Shown here: positions 20,066-30,261 of the stretch, piece after piece
Numbering within the stretch: the stretch's first letter is position 1
Layout: each line of letters starts with the position of its first letter
Source of the DNA: a virus
Lineage: Duplodnaviria > Caudoviricetes
Reading direction: 5' to 3' (one strand)
Virus record (IMG/VR): IMGVR_UViG_3300037067_013225
Location: 1-64,000 of that record
Length of the DNA stretch: 64,000 nucleotides
Notes under the pieces: model-generated
Seen by the model: the letters and a program-made list of their open reading frames with translations, nothing else
Databases searched by the model: none
Told to the model about the DNA's origin: nothing
Program-made: the position numbers and the translations under genes

Positions 20066-22404
20066 TGTGCCTCCTTGGATGTTTTCATAGAGCCGGGAGA
20101 TTTGATTCCTTTGAACGGGAACTTCGCCCACAATGTCTCTCGGACTGTCTCTATGTCCGGATTCGGTATGAATTGAGTAGTCGCTCCGACAAGCGAATAC
20201 GCTAGTCGATTATTAGCATCTTTATCCGAAACAAAAAGCCTAACTTCCACATCCATATAGTACCAAAATAAAACGATATCACCGATCCCTTTGGGAAAAT
20301 AGACGGTCATTTCCGGCCAAGAGTTGGGTTTGTCGTACAAACGGTCTATCCAGAGCGCGGCTCTAAAAAGAATCTTTTTACTTGCACTTTCTCCTTTTCC
20401 GCCCCTAAATCGTCTCTTGTACAATTTCATGAGGCTCTCACGCAAGCGAGAATAATTTTCACATTTCGCTAGAAATTTTTTCTTCATATCTCTCCTTATA
20501 AATATCCACACCATGAAATAACGCTATCTGCATCGCTTCGAAAATGATATCGTAAGCCGGATCTAGAATCGTCCTCGTAAAAACAGATATAGTCTCCCAC
20601 AGGGCCGAGAAAGCTATATACGCGATCTTCCCACAGCCCAGGTTTCTTTACTGGAATCTCTTCTTTCTTACCAAAGAGCCTCATCAAAAACCTCCCGCCC
20701 CTTAAGGACACCCCTCACAGGCGCAATACAATCGGGGAAAAATGGGAAAAACACCGCATCTAATACCTCGCGCACCAGTGTTACACTGGGGTCTCCTAAA
20801 AGTTTTTCGTGTTTTCCATTGCAGAATTCCAATTGCGGTTCTTCGTGCGAATTGAACGGGAAAAACAAATCCACCTTCGCTGTGTCATCTTCCCATCGCA
20901 AACTATATCCGAACTTATGCAGATCAAAAATCGGTTCCGGCCAACTACCATATGCAACATCTCTGTATAGAGAATCCACGAACCCTACCTTTGTCTGCAC
21001 AAACTCCTCAATGCCGCTTTCAACGCTCCACTTATATAATCGCGACAAGATATTGTTCAGGCGAATATAATTATCGCATTCTGAGAGAAAAAAATTTTTT
21101 CTTCATACGTTTGTCCTTGTCAACAGATTTTCTTCTCGATTAAAAATATCCACCCACATATCTAATTGCATCAAATCGTATGCGTATTCGGTATAAATAT
21201 TGTCCTCGTCTATATAATATAGCTTGGCTCGTCCTGACGCAGATATCCTTAATCCGAATTCGGTACCAATCCCTTCCCAGATTAGAGCCAAATCAGATCC
21301 GCGTTCGCTACCCACGATATATGAGGGATTATATCTCATCAATATCCTCCAAACGGTCTATCATAATCTCTATCTCTGGCACATTCTTGTTCCTCATCAA
21401 TCCCGGCCTCGTGGCACAGATATCCATATGCCTCAATCAAACCCTTTATCGCCCGCGCAACACATTCCGCTTTGATATCGGGATAATGTGTGTTGGAAAT
21501 ATCGCAACTTCTATTATCCTCCACAGATATCGTGAGCTTTTCTTTCCCCTCTTGAATGATTATCTTCATATCGCCACCTTATGCATTAACATTATAAAAC
21601 ATAGAATCAACACCCCGATTATGGAGCATGCCAAAATATCCGCCGCCCATATCATGATCCGAGCAAATACCTCATAAGTTATAAATCCCTCGAATTCTAA
21701 TAAAAATAGAATCACCATAACTAGGCCAGATATCATTCCTATCGCGAGCATAATTATAAGTGTATAAATCATACATTTTCCACAATATCTACTGGTTCTT
21801 TGAAACATCTAAAAGGGAACATCACTTTGGTAAAAAGTATCTCTAGCCAATTTAACGGAAAACCCCCCGCTAGTCTTACACGATCAATCAGAAAATAATA
21901 TGGTTTGTTTTTGACGCAAACAAAATAAAACACCGTGCCTTCTTTCGTAGAAGCATAATATCTGCGCTCTCCATTTTTATAAGTATACATATATGTGGCA
22001 CATTTTTTAACTTCGTCCAGGCTGGCATTTAGTAGAGCCTTGATGCCGATTTGATGGGCATTCAGGTGATCTACGACCGATTTAGATATCGCGAATGTTT
22101 TCTTTTCAGACATATCTCATATCACCTTAATAAAATGACTTAAATATATCGCAATATGCATAACTGTCAGCACTATAAAAACCACACCGGTCATTACAGC
22201 AACCGTCTTACAACCCTCACACCAACTAACCGTTCCTCGAAATTCTGGGAAAACTATCCAATACATGCCATGCATTATGATGAAAAGAACTATCGTGCCA
22301 ACCGCACCTAAAATATATGTGAACAATACGAACGGTACTTCCATATCAGTTCCTTTTGTAGAGCCTGGGCTGGATTGTGAACCAGGCTCATCTAATACTA
22401 CCAC
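20062..22404 (-). other. - strand operon of small hypothetical and membrane proteins
   Basis: overlapping ORFs 20062..20514, 20496..20711, 20668..21048, 21103..21342, 21339..21569, 21566..21808 (2 TM), 21769..22113, 22117..22404 (2 TM). Confidence 0.6.
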
Positions 22405-22425
22405 AGTTTGCGTCGTTTGTCAAGC

Positions 22426-22962
22426 TCAGAAATCAATTTCTTGGAATTCTCTCTCAAACCACAACGCTTGCAACGCAATATCAACGAAGTTGATTCCAGG
22501 ATAGATCCTTCCCGCCGCGTACATGGCAGCAGTAGCGGCCCACGAAACCTCACCGCAACTAACCGCATTGGTAATCCAATAGGCGGCATTGACATCAATA
22601 TGGCGAAGATTCTGATAAACGGCATCGGCGGTTTCTTTGCTTCGATCAGCCCCATTGATCCAGTTTTCCGCCCACGACACAAACACAGGTTTGTTGTACA
22701 CGGCTAGCGCGCATTGAATGCCGAACCAAATGCGCTGATTTGATGTGTAATACGGCAGATGAATCTCTCTGTGCAGTTTATAATCACTTATCGTAGAGCA
22801 TAAAACCACAGAAGGCGTGTCACAGGATGCCTCAAAAAGCCTCAGCCCCAACGTTGTACCCCAACGCAGAGGCCGAAAAAGTGCCGCTATTTCCGGACTG
22901 GCGTACACGTAACTTTGACGATTAGACATATGTTCGTCTGTAAGTACGTACACGCACATCAA
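22426..22962 (-). CDS. Ala-rich paralog family member, EIDF-tagged
   Basis: YASPEIA, WFGIQCAL, WAENWINGADRS; ends EREFQEIDF*. Confidence 0.85.
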   Translation of the reverse strand: MMCVYVLTDEHMSNRQSYVYASPEIAALFRPLRWGTTLGLRLFEASCDTPSVVLCSTISDYKLHREIHLPYYTSNQRIWFGIQCALAVYNKPVFVSWAENWINGADRSKETADAVYQNLRHIDVNAAYWITNAVSCGEVSWAATAAMYAAGRIYPGINFVDIALQALWFEREFQEIDF

Positions 22963-23294
22963 AAGTCAATTTCCATTAATTCGGCTTCTTCCCGCGCCCG
23001 CTCTATAATAGTTTTAATTAATGCGGAACATTGCCTACATTGTAGTGGATTCCCATAAAGATAGTCGTCTACCTTAATTCGCGTATTAAATGCGATAATT
23101 TGATCGTTATCTCTAAAATATATCCCTACAAAAGTAGGGGCGTCAAATTGCCGATCTAATCTGATATCGTTTCCGAAAATATTTCCAACTTGGTCCCTCA
23201 CCATATTCATCACCTCCCAACATGGTCCTTCGAAGAGGTGATGGGAAAAGATGCCGGGTTCGAGCATGGTTCCAGATATATTCCATTTTCCCAT
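22959..23294 (-). CDS. EIDF-tagged protein (G-D/N-DIR family)
   Basis: restart at ATG 23294 overlapping the upstream TGA; IFGNDIRL; ends ELMEIDF*. Confidence 0.8.
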   Translation of the reverse strand: MGKWNISGTMLEPGIFSHHLFEGPCWEVMNMVRDQVGNIFGNDIRLDRQFDAPTFVGIYFRDNDQIIAFNTRIKVDDYLYGNPLQCRQCSALIKTIIERAREEAELMEIDF

Positions 23295-23578
23295 CAAAAA
23301 TCGATCTCCGTCCAACGAATGCCGCGAAAGAATGATTCCGCTTCTTCCCGCGACTTGGCGACAAAATTTGCTGCGTCGAAAGCGCCACTTGTTTGAAACC
23401 ATTCCAAAGGTCCGCAAAAACAATAATAATCCGCGATTATACTAGGATCGAAAAAATCGGTACGGACATAGTAAGCCCCACAAATTTTATCTTCTTCCAC
23501 GCAATACAACCACCAATCATTGACCCCCGATGTTCCGGCCTTCATTTCATCCGATAATTGATCGTATCTTAATAACAT
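23294..23578 (-). CDS. EIDF-tagged protein, paralog of 27476..27793
   Basis: MLLRYDQLSDEMK start; ends IRWTEIDF*. Confidence 0.8.
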   Translation of the reverse strand: MLLRYDQLSDEMKAGTSGVNDWWLYCVEEDKICGAYYVRTDFFDPSIIADYYCFCGPLEWFQTSGAFDAANFVAKSREEAESFFRGIRWTEIDF

Positions 23579-23588
23579 TTCATATCCA

Positions 23589-23930
23589 TTAGAAATCGAT
23601 TTCCTGCAATTCTCTGTATGTTTGCTCTAGATATGCCTTGGCCTCATCCACGGAAGAAAAATATCTAATTGTTCGAAAACTACTCATCTCTCTCAAATCC
23701 CTTCCTTCGTAAACTGCAATACGGTGAGAAATCGTTCTTTTGCAATCCGGTGCAATAATATATGCTACGACACCATTTGCATAGAAGAAAAATGATCTTT
23801 CGTTTGGCTGTACTACATTCTCCCAATATTTCAGATACGTGGAACCAGCAACACCCGCTCCGATATCCCAATGTATCGGATCTGTATCGAGAATATTCTG
23901 TGGTAATTCCTCATAAGTACAATATGTCAA
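23589..23930 (-). CDS. EIDF-tagged protein
   Basis: ends RELQEIDF*; N-terminus CTY.E resembles 26235..26537. Confidence 0.8.
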   Translation of the reverse strand: MTYCTYEELPQNILDTDPIHWDIGAGVAGSTYLKYWENVVQPNERSFFFYANGVVAYIIAPDCKRTISHRIAVYEGRDLREMSSFRTIRYFSSVDEAKAYLEQTYRELQEIDF

Positions 23931-24241
23931 AAATCCACCTCCATTAATGATTTATTTCTAGCCCGGAAGATGATCTCGTATATTTCATTCATAGCATCGA
24001 TATCTTCAGCAATATTCTCATGATATGCTATAGCAGTATCATGTATAATTGCCGTATCTCTATCCATACGGAAATGCAACCTTATCGTCCCAGATAATAC
24101 ATAGTGATATATCCTAATATCGTCGCCAAAAATATCCCCATAACGCGACACCATGACACGCGACAAAGATCCGGGTGGTAGCAAAGTCCTAAGCTCCCAC
24201 GTTGTAACTCGTTCAATTTCTCCGGAAATGTTCCAATCCAT
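23927..24241 (-). CDS. EVDF-tagged protein (G-D/N-DIR family), leaderless
   Basis: WNISG, IFGDDIRI; ends SLMEVDF*. Confidence 0.8.
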   Translation of the reverse strand: MDWNISGEIERVTTWELRTLLPPGSLSRVMVSRYGDIFGDDIRIYHYVLSGTIRLHFRMDRDTAIIHDTAIAYHENIAEDIDAMNEIYEIIFRARNKSLMEVDF

Positions 24242-24246
24242 AAGCC

Positions 24247-24305
24247 ATTATAACACGCCCGTTTACCAATGTCAAGTTGCACGGGCGTTCTTTTTCTGGT
24301 ATAAT
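24247..24305. promoter_or_regulatory. back-to-back divergent sigma70 promoters, both leaderless
   Basis: minus TTGACA-17-TATAAT-5nt-ATG(24241); plus TTGCAC-17-TATAAT-5nt-ATG(24311). Confidence 0.85.
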
Positions 24306-24310
24306 GATCC

Positions 24311-25597
24311 ATGCTCAGACCATACCAAAAAGAGGCGGTATCAGCCGCCATGTCTCGAAACGGCATCATCGTCATGCCAACCGGATCGGGCAAAAGTCAT
24401 GTGATTGCGGGGCTTGTAGAAAATTTTCATAGAGCCTTGGTGTTGCAGCCTAGCCGGGAAATTCTCGAATCCAATTACGATAAAATTAAAGATATCCGAT
24501 CAGATATCGCAATATTTTCCGCATCGCTAAAACAAAAACAGATATCATCCATAACATACGCGACTATCGGGAGCATTATCAAAAAGCTAGATTTGTTTGA
24601 TATCGATGCGCTCATTATAGATGAATGCCATCTGGTAAATGCCGCAGGCGGACAGTACGAAAAGCTCATCTCGGCTCTATCTCCGAAAAAATTAATCGGT
24701 CTAACCGCCACGCCATATCGGTTACATTCAACATCCGGATTAAGTAGTATTCGCTTATTAAATCGTACACGACCAAAAATCTTCAAAGATGTCATTCACG
24801 TAACGCAATGTTCCGATTTAATTAATCAGGGATTTCTTTTAGAGCCAAAGTTCATTGTTTCGGATTCGTCGCGAGAAAACTTACTTCAGATTAATTCAAC
24901 TGGCGCAGAATATACGGATGATTCCATATCATTTTATCTAAGCCAAATCGATATCAAACAACGCATCATGGATGCGGTGGCCTCTACAGATGCGCAACAC
25001 ATTTTGATATTTCTTCCTACAATCAAAGAATGCAATGATATCGCTAGAGTATTGCCGAATGCGGCATCTGTTTCAAGTTTATCTTCATCAAAAGAGCGAT
25101 CTGAAATATTGAGGGATTTCAAATCGGGCGCGATTCGAATCGTCTTAAATGTGGGAGTGCTCACGACGGGATTCGATTTCCCCGCATTGGATTGCGTTAT
25201 TTTGGCGCGGCCAACGATGTCGTGCGGATTATATTCGCAAATGGTAGGGCGGTGTGTGCGCCCCTGCTCTAATAAAAATACACCTCGCGTTTACGATCTG
25301 GTTAATAATTATGCTCGTTTTGGAAATCCTCTGCGGAATCAAATCGTTCCCGGAAGCACCGGATTATATAATATTATTTCCGAATTCGGACGCATTAATG
25401 GAGATGTCTCGGATATCCCGGAAAAAGATACCGTGATGGATTTCGGAAAATATTCCGGATTTAGATTGTGTGAATTACCCAACAGTTATCTTGAGTGGTT
25501 TGTTACGAATAATAAAAAATCATCTACCTGGCATATGTTTGATGCAGAATTATCTCGGCGCAAATTTTTTCCTGCACAAAACGTTTTTTCTGGGTAA
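24311..25597 (+). CDS. SF2 DExH helicase (RadD/YejH/UvsW-like)
   Basis: LRPYQ, PTGSGKS, DECH, GLTATP, LTTGFDFP, QMVGR; C-terminal MDFGKY...ELP..YLEW module. Confidence 0.92.
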   Translation: MLRPYQKEAVSAAMSRNGIIVMPTGSGKSHVIAGLVENFHRALVLQPSREILESNYDKIKDIRSDIAIFSASLKQKQISSITYATIGSIIKKLDLFDIDALIIDECHLVNAAGGQYEKLISALSPKKLIGLTATPYRLHSTSGLSSIRLLNRTRPKIFKDVIHVTQCSDLINQGFLLEPKFIVSDSSRENLLQINSTGAEYTDDSISFYLSQIDIKQRIMDAVASTDAQHILIFLPTIKECNDIARVLPNAASVSSLSSSKERSEILRDFKSGAIRIVLNVGVLTTGFDFPALDCVILARPTMSCGLYSQMVGRCVRPCSNKNTPRVYDLVNNYARFGNPLRNQIVPGSTGLYNIISEFGRINGDVSDIPEKDTVMDFGKYSGFRLCELPNSYLEWFVTNNKKSSTWHMFDAELSRRKFFPAQNVFSG

Positions 25598-25627
25598 GAC
25601 GCTATATCTTGCTCATAGGAGAAGCAA

Positions 25628-26182
25628 ATGGAAAAAAACTGCATATATGCTGTTTTCGATAATAACGCATTAGTTTTGGCGCGTTCAACAATCATATCTT
25701 TTGTGGGATATGATGACGGTGGTAAATTTTATCTGCCGTTACACAATATTGAGAAAATTATTTCTCCAGTAGGAGAGGTAACACCCCTTAAACCCCTCGT
25801 ATTACCTCACAATTATAGATTCAAAATCATTAGAAGGGAAACTAGGACTGCGAATGTCAATGATGTTAATTTTAAACCGCTAGCTATTGAGGATCGCAAT
25901 CCAGATGCAGCCATAAGATTAAACTTCGGATTTTTCCGTTGGTTTATGGTAACGCCATATGATTATGGCAATGATCAATTAGCGATTTCTGAGCGTAGGC
26001 GAGTGGGATTTGATGACGTCCAGGGAGAAATTCCCCCAAAAGATTATAACGTGCGAACATGGGATATCGAATATATTTTTAACAAGCGCATTTATGTGAA
26101 CAAAAAAGATAAATGGGCAATCGGGAATAACGAATATTCTCTCACAGTTAATAATGCCAGTGTATCAATAGAATCAGATTAA
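25628..26182 (+). CDS. hypothetical protein
   Basis: AGGAG SD, 184 aa. Confidence 0.7.
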   Translation: MEKNCIYAVFDNNALVLARSTIISFVGYDDGGKFYLPLHNIEKIISPVGEVTPLKPLVLPHNYRFKIIRRETRTANVNDVNFKPLAIEDRNPDAAIRLNFGFFRWFMVTPYDYGNDQLAISERRRVGFDDVQGEIPPKDYNVRTWDIEYIFNKRIYVNKKDKWAIGNNEYSLTVNNASVSIESD

Positions 26183-26234
26183 CATAATCGAAGCAAATGT
26201 AGAGCTGAGTTGCACTGCTTGGCTCTACTAATTT

Positions 26235-26537
26235 TTAAAAATCTATCATAACATACTCTTTATCAGTAATAGCAGCAAAGTATGTTTTGGCCTGTTCGTA
26301 TGTTACTGTGTCGTCATCACCAAACATCACACAATCTGCACATTCGATTTCCTCGATAGTATGGCCCAAATATATGCGTCCACTCTGTCCCGCCCAATTC
26401 CAAACATGAAACATGCCATACAAAATACCACACTCAATCCAAAAATGATAATGATCCATATCGACAATAACCCAAGCCTTACTTGTTATATTTTCTGGCA
26501 GTTTTTCTTGCATCTCTGAATATGTACAAAACATCAA
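26235..26537 (-). CDS. IDF-tagged protein
   Basis: ends KEYVMIDF*. Confidence 0.8.
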   Translation of the reverse strand: MMFCTYSEMQEKLPENITSKAWVIVDMDHYHFWIECGILYGMFHVWNWAGQSGRIYLGHTIEEIECADCVMFGDDDTVTYEQAKTYFAAITDKEYVMIDF

Positions 26538-27076
26538 AAATCGATCTCCACGAATTCTTTTAAGTCAAAGCTTAGAGCAGCAATGGCGATATCGGTGAAG
26601 TTTATGCTCGGAGTGGCGTGCGCAGCCCAAACAGCAGCATAAGCAACATGAGCGACATCAGCAGCATGAGCAGCGGCAGTATAGGAAGCAGACGCAGCAG
26701 AATCAGTCCAAAGCTTCTCTGAAACAGCTTGAGCAGTTTTAAAGCTTCGATCAGTCCCATCAATCCAGTTTTCCGCCCACGACACAAACATAGGATTGTC
26801 ACACACGGCTAGCGCGCATTGAATCGCAAACCACTGACACTGATTCGGCGTATAGTACGGCACATAGGTCTCTCGCAAAAGTGTGAACTCACCGCTAGAA
26901 CGTATAGGATGGTTCATCTCTCCCAATGCTTCGAAAATCCTGAAATGTTCGAATTCCTCGTATATAGGGGTCGAAAGTACGGCCAATTCCGGGCTGGCGT
27001 AAGCAAAACCGGAACGTTTTATGCCGATTTCCCACAAACCATCATTGTTCATGTTTTCGTCTGTAATTACATACAT
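26534..27076 (-). CDS. Ala-rich paralog family member, EIDF-tagged
   Basis: YASPELAVL, WFAIQCAL; ends FDLKEFVEIDF*. Confidence 0.85.
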   Translation of the reverse strand: MYVITDENMNNDGLWEIGIKRSGFAYASPELAVLSTPIYEEFEHFRIFEALGEMNHPIRSSGEFTLLRETYVPYYTPNQCQWFAIQCALAVCDNPMFVSWAENWIDGTDRSFKTAQAVSEKLWTDSAASASYTAAAHAADVAHVAYAAVWAAHATPSINFTDIAIAALSFDLKEFVEIDF

Positions 27077-27122
27077 ATTTTGCTCTTCAAGTGATTTGCA
27101 CTCTTAATCACATATATGTTCA

Positions 27123-27479
27123 TTAAAAATCAATCTCCACTAACTGAATATCGTATAATTTCATAATCAAATCGTAAAGTCTGGTTGCATGTTTTTTCTG
27201 CTCGGACGATTCAAATACATCTTTTTCGAATAGCTCGTTATCTTTAACAGATGTAACATATTCCAGATATCTATCTCCATCTTTAACGAATATTGCAACA
27301 TAATTCGCCTCACCAAAACCATACGACGAGGGACTATATATTCTAATATCGTCGCCTAAAATATCTCCAAAATATTTTTTCATCATCCATGAATACGTAT
27401 TATGGTGCCAATTCAGTGAATGATGAACTATCGGCTCTATTAATTTATTTAATTCATTGATATTTAATTTGCTCATCAA
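27123..27479 (-). CDS. EIDF-tagged protein (G-D/N-DIR family)
   Basis: FGDILGDDIRIY; ends IQLVEIDF*. Confidence 0.8.
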   Translation of the reverse strand: MMSKLNINELNKLIEPIVHHSLNWHHNTYSWMMKKYFGDILGDDIRIYSPSSYGFGEANYVAIFVKDGDRYLEYVTSVKDNELFEKDVFESSEQKKHATRLYDLIMKLYDIQLVEIDF

Positions 27480-27793
27480 AAATCCACCATAATGAGTTCT
27501 CTATCCATCCAGTTAATATCGCGAAAAAATAGCTTTGCATCATCTAATGACTCGGCAATGAAATCGGCGGTATCGAAAAAAATTCTCCGCGATTTCATAA
27601 GATTAACAAATCTTTCGCTAGATCCCATGAAACAATTAAATCGTGTCGTAAAACGATCCATATTGTATAATCCGGCTGAAGGATAACAAAACCCATAAAT
27701 CTCCTCTTTTACGGCAAACAACAGCCCTCCTGTATTGCACCCTTCCACCATGCATTTCATTTCATCCGATAATTGATCGTATCTTAGTAACAT
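27476..27793 (-). CDS. VDF-tagged protein, paralog of 23294..23578
   Basis: MLLRYDQLSDEMK; ends RELIMVDF*. Confidence 0.8.
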   Translation of the reverse strand: MLLRYDQLSDEMKCMVEGCNTGGLLFAVKEEIYGFCYPSAGLYNMDRFTTRFNCFMGSSERFVNLMKSRRIFFDTADFIAESLDDAKLFFRDINWMDRELIMVDF

Positions 27794-27803
27794 TTTATAT
27801 CCA

Positions 27804-28091
27804 TTAGAAATCGATTTCCGTTAATTGATCATATAAATGTTGATCATATGTATATGCATGATATAATTCATATATTCTATATTGCGCATCTTCTAAAGTT
27901 TTGTGCTTCCCACCATATGGCTCTAAAGCTCCCGCCATTCGAACCTCATATTTACCATCCACGTGCAGTTCTTTTATAATCCAACCTACCATTTTTCCCT
28001 TGCATCTACATGCACTGACCAACCACCTTCGTGGTATCGCACTCGGTCCGTCGAGTTCTTCAAATTTGATATCTCCAAGTTGCTTTAGCAT
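27804..28091 (-). CDS. EIDF-tagged protein, leaderless
   Basis: restart at 28091 behind TTGACT-17-TATAAT-6nt-ATG; ends DQLTEIDF*. Confidence 0.8.
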   Translation of the reverse strand: MLKQLGDIKFEELDGPSAIPRRWLVSACRCKGKMVGWIIKELHVDGKYEVRMAGALEPYGGKHKTLEDAQYRIYELYHAYTYDQHLYDQLTEIDF

Positions 28092-28317
28092 AGCGTCATT
28101 ATAGCAGATTTTAATACCGAAGTCAAGGGTTTTATACTCAGCCGCTCTAAAACCCTCACCACGGGCATTTATGAGCGTCTCAGGGGCTACTGAGAGACCC
28201 ACCACAACCGAATAATAAAGCCCACCACGAATGCTGCAAAAATCGCCAACCCCAAATAATCAATATTATAATTATATAGTTCTGAATTTTCTCGAATCAT
28301 TTTTCTCTCTATCTTGT

Positions 28318-28893
28318 TCAAAAGTCAATCTCCACGAATTCTTTTAAATCAAAGCATAGAGCCTTGAGGGCGATATCAGTGAAATTTATGCTTGGATTAA
28401 CTTGTGCAGCAGACATTGCCGCATAAGACGCAGCATCGGTAAGACTATCCAAAGCATGGCCTGGATCTAGGAAATCAGAAGCGGAATTAACAGCATGCAT
28501 GGCACTTCCCACACCGGATGTGGATATGATACCAAAAAGCTTCATGAAAATAATTAGGGCGGTTTCTTTGCTTCGATCCGTTCCATTGATCCAGTTTTCC
28601 GCCCACGACACGAACACAGGATCATCACACACGGCTAGCGCGCATTGAATCGCAAACCAAATGCGCTGAACAAGAGTGAATTCCGGCACATAAGTTTCTC
28701 TCACAAAAGCGAACCTGCCCAACAAACGTATAGGACCACTCATTTCGCCCGATACTTCAAAAATCCTAGGGTGATCGAATGTCTCGTATGTGGGTTGTAT
28801 GAGTACGGCCAATTCCGGACTAACATAGGCATAACGATTACTGTGCGTATTCAAAACGCCATTGCAATTCACCATCACATACATACTCATCAA
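28318..28893 (-). CDS. Ala-rich paralog family member, EIDF-tagged
   Basis: YVSPELAVL, WFAIQCAL; ends FDLKEFVEIDF*. Confidence 0.85.
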   Translation of the reverse strand: MMSMYVMVNCNGVLNTHSNRYAYVSPELAVLIQPTYETFDHPRIFEVSGEMSGPIRLLGRFAFVRETYVPEFTLVQRIWFAIQCALAVCDDPVFVSWAENWINGTDRSKETALIIFMKLFGIISTSGVGSAMHAVNSASDFLDPGHALDSLTDAASYAAMSAAQVNPSINFTDIALKALCFDLKEFVEIDF

Positions 28894-29402
28894 AAATCAA
28901 TCTCCGTTAATGCTACATCTAATTTCTCAATTATAATTGAAAGAACTTTATTTTTTATCTCAGATATCTCATTTTCCATAATTCTACGATATTTCGGCAG
29001 AAATCTAAATCCCGCTTTCGGATACATAATCCAAAATCCTTTAGGCATGATATCGCGACCATCGCAAAGATAAAGCTTCGGATCTTTCGGAACTTGCGCA
29101 TAAGTTCGAGTTGATGCATTTACCGATGTCCATACATATGGAAGAAATATTTTTATATCATCGAAACATTTTCCGATTAAATTCACATCAGCTAAATTAG
29201 TCGCGATATGTTTTGTGCCAAGATCTTTTGTATCGATAGATATTATTTGTTTTTCTTTAGACGTTTTAGTGAAAAAGAAATCCAGCCAAACGATTTCATT
29301 GCGTATAGTTTCTCTGAACTCGCAACCGATGTCAAACCAACCCACTACGCCTTCACGGACAAAGTGGGCGAAACTCGTGTACTTCGGATTCAGTTTTGCC
29401 AT
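28890..29402 (-). CDS. EIDF-tagged protein, leaderless
   Basis: restart at 29402 behind TTGACA-17-TAAAAT-5nt-ATG; ends VALTEIDF*. Confidence 0.8.
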   Translation of the reverse strand: MAKLNPKYTSFAHFVREGVVGWFDIGCEFRETIRNEIVWLDFFFTKTSKEKQIISIDTKDLGTKHIATNLADVNLIGKCFDDIKIFLPYVWTSVNASTRTYAQVPKDPKLYLCDGRDIMPKGFWIMYPKAGFRFLPKYRRIMENEISEIKNKVLSIIIEKLDVALTEIDF

Positions 29403-29601
29403 GCTGCATTTTACCAGCAAAATCCCGATTTGTCAAGCCCTTCTCAAAATTGCATAAATAAGGTAATGTTTATTACGTTACTAGCGCTAATATACCGGTA
29501 GATTTAGTCTGTTATTACCGTATTAGATTGCTTTATTTACCGTGTATATAATGGTTAATAATATAGAGCCTTGCTTATATTTACGTTATCATACGGTTAA
29601 A

Positions 29602-29650
29602 TAAGCTCTAAATATAAGCTTATTATTCTAAGCTTATTAATATAAGCTTA
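29602..29650. repeat. phased TAAGCTTA palindromes in an AT-rich divergent intergenic region
   Basis: TAAGCTTA at 29615, 29629, 29643 (14-bp period); TAAGCTCT at 29602. Confidence 0.75.
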
Positions 29651-29688
29651 TTTAAGACAAATCCCTGGAAACGTGGTATAATGCTTGC

Positions 29689-29925
29689 GTGTCCGGAGAC
29701 GTTTACGTGATCTTGCCCCAGACCACCAGTTTGGTATTACATGATGCTGGCGAAAAATATTTGGAAATTTCCTCCGCAAGTGGTGCTTTTTTTAAAGTTA
29801 ATTTACTGGATGAGAAATTGCGATATATTTCCGAACAATATATAATCAAATCGGTTATGGACAAAGATATCCATGATAATAAATTAATAAAAATCAATAA
29901 CGATTTGTTTACTGTCGATTTCTGA
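29689..29925 (+). CDS. VDF-tagged small protein, leaderless GTG
   Basis: TGG-TATAAT-6nt-GTG; ends DLFTVDF*. Confidence 0.7.
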   Translation: MSGDVYVILPQTTSLVLHDAGEKYLEISSASGAFFKVNLLDEKLRYISEQYIIKSVMDKDIHDNKLIKINNDLFTVDF

Positions 29926-29983
29926 AGGTTGCGATTTTTTATCGGCGCTTGACATTTGCGTCGGATTGCGGTATAATCCCAGC

Positions 29984-30253
29984 ATGTCCGTAAAAATCGA
30001 GCGTTTGCTGGAGAAATTGGCCGAACATATTTTGTTCTTGACGAATGTCCGTTCCGAGGCATATAACGACAGGCACGGATATCCTCTGTCGGATGCGGAA
30101 AAGAATATTCGCGAACCCTGTGATGAAGATAATGATTGGCTGTTATCTTATACCACAGCAAAAGGCACGTGTGTTGCATATATTTATGCTTCATCGGCGC
30201 TAGAGGCTCTACAAAAATTAGACGAAGTTATCAAAAAATGCGATTCTGGGTAG
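29984..30253 (+). CDS. hypothetical protein, leaderless
   Basis: TTGACA(29949)-17-TATAAT-6nt-ATG. Confidence 0.7.
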   Translation: MSVKIERLLEKLAEHILFLTNVRSEAYNDRHGYPLSDAEKNIREPCDEDNDWLLSYTTAKGTCVAYIYASSALEALQKLDEVIKKCDSG

Positions 30254-30261
30254 AATCATAT

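Noticed and set aside
22650-28670. Diversity-generating retroelement TR/VR pair among the near-identical paralog blocks
   Set aside because: Mismatches are not confined to adenines, all copies are coding, and no reverse transcriptase is in the window.
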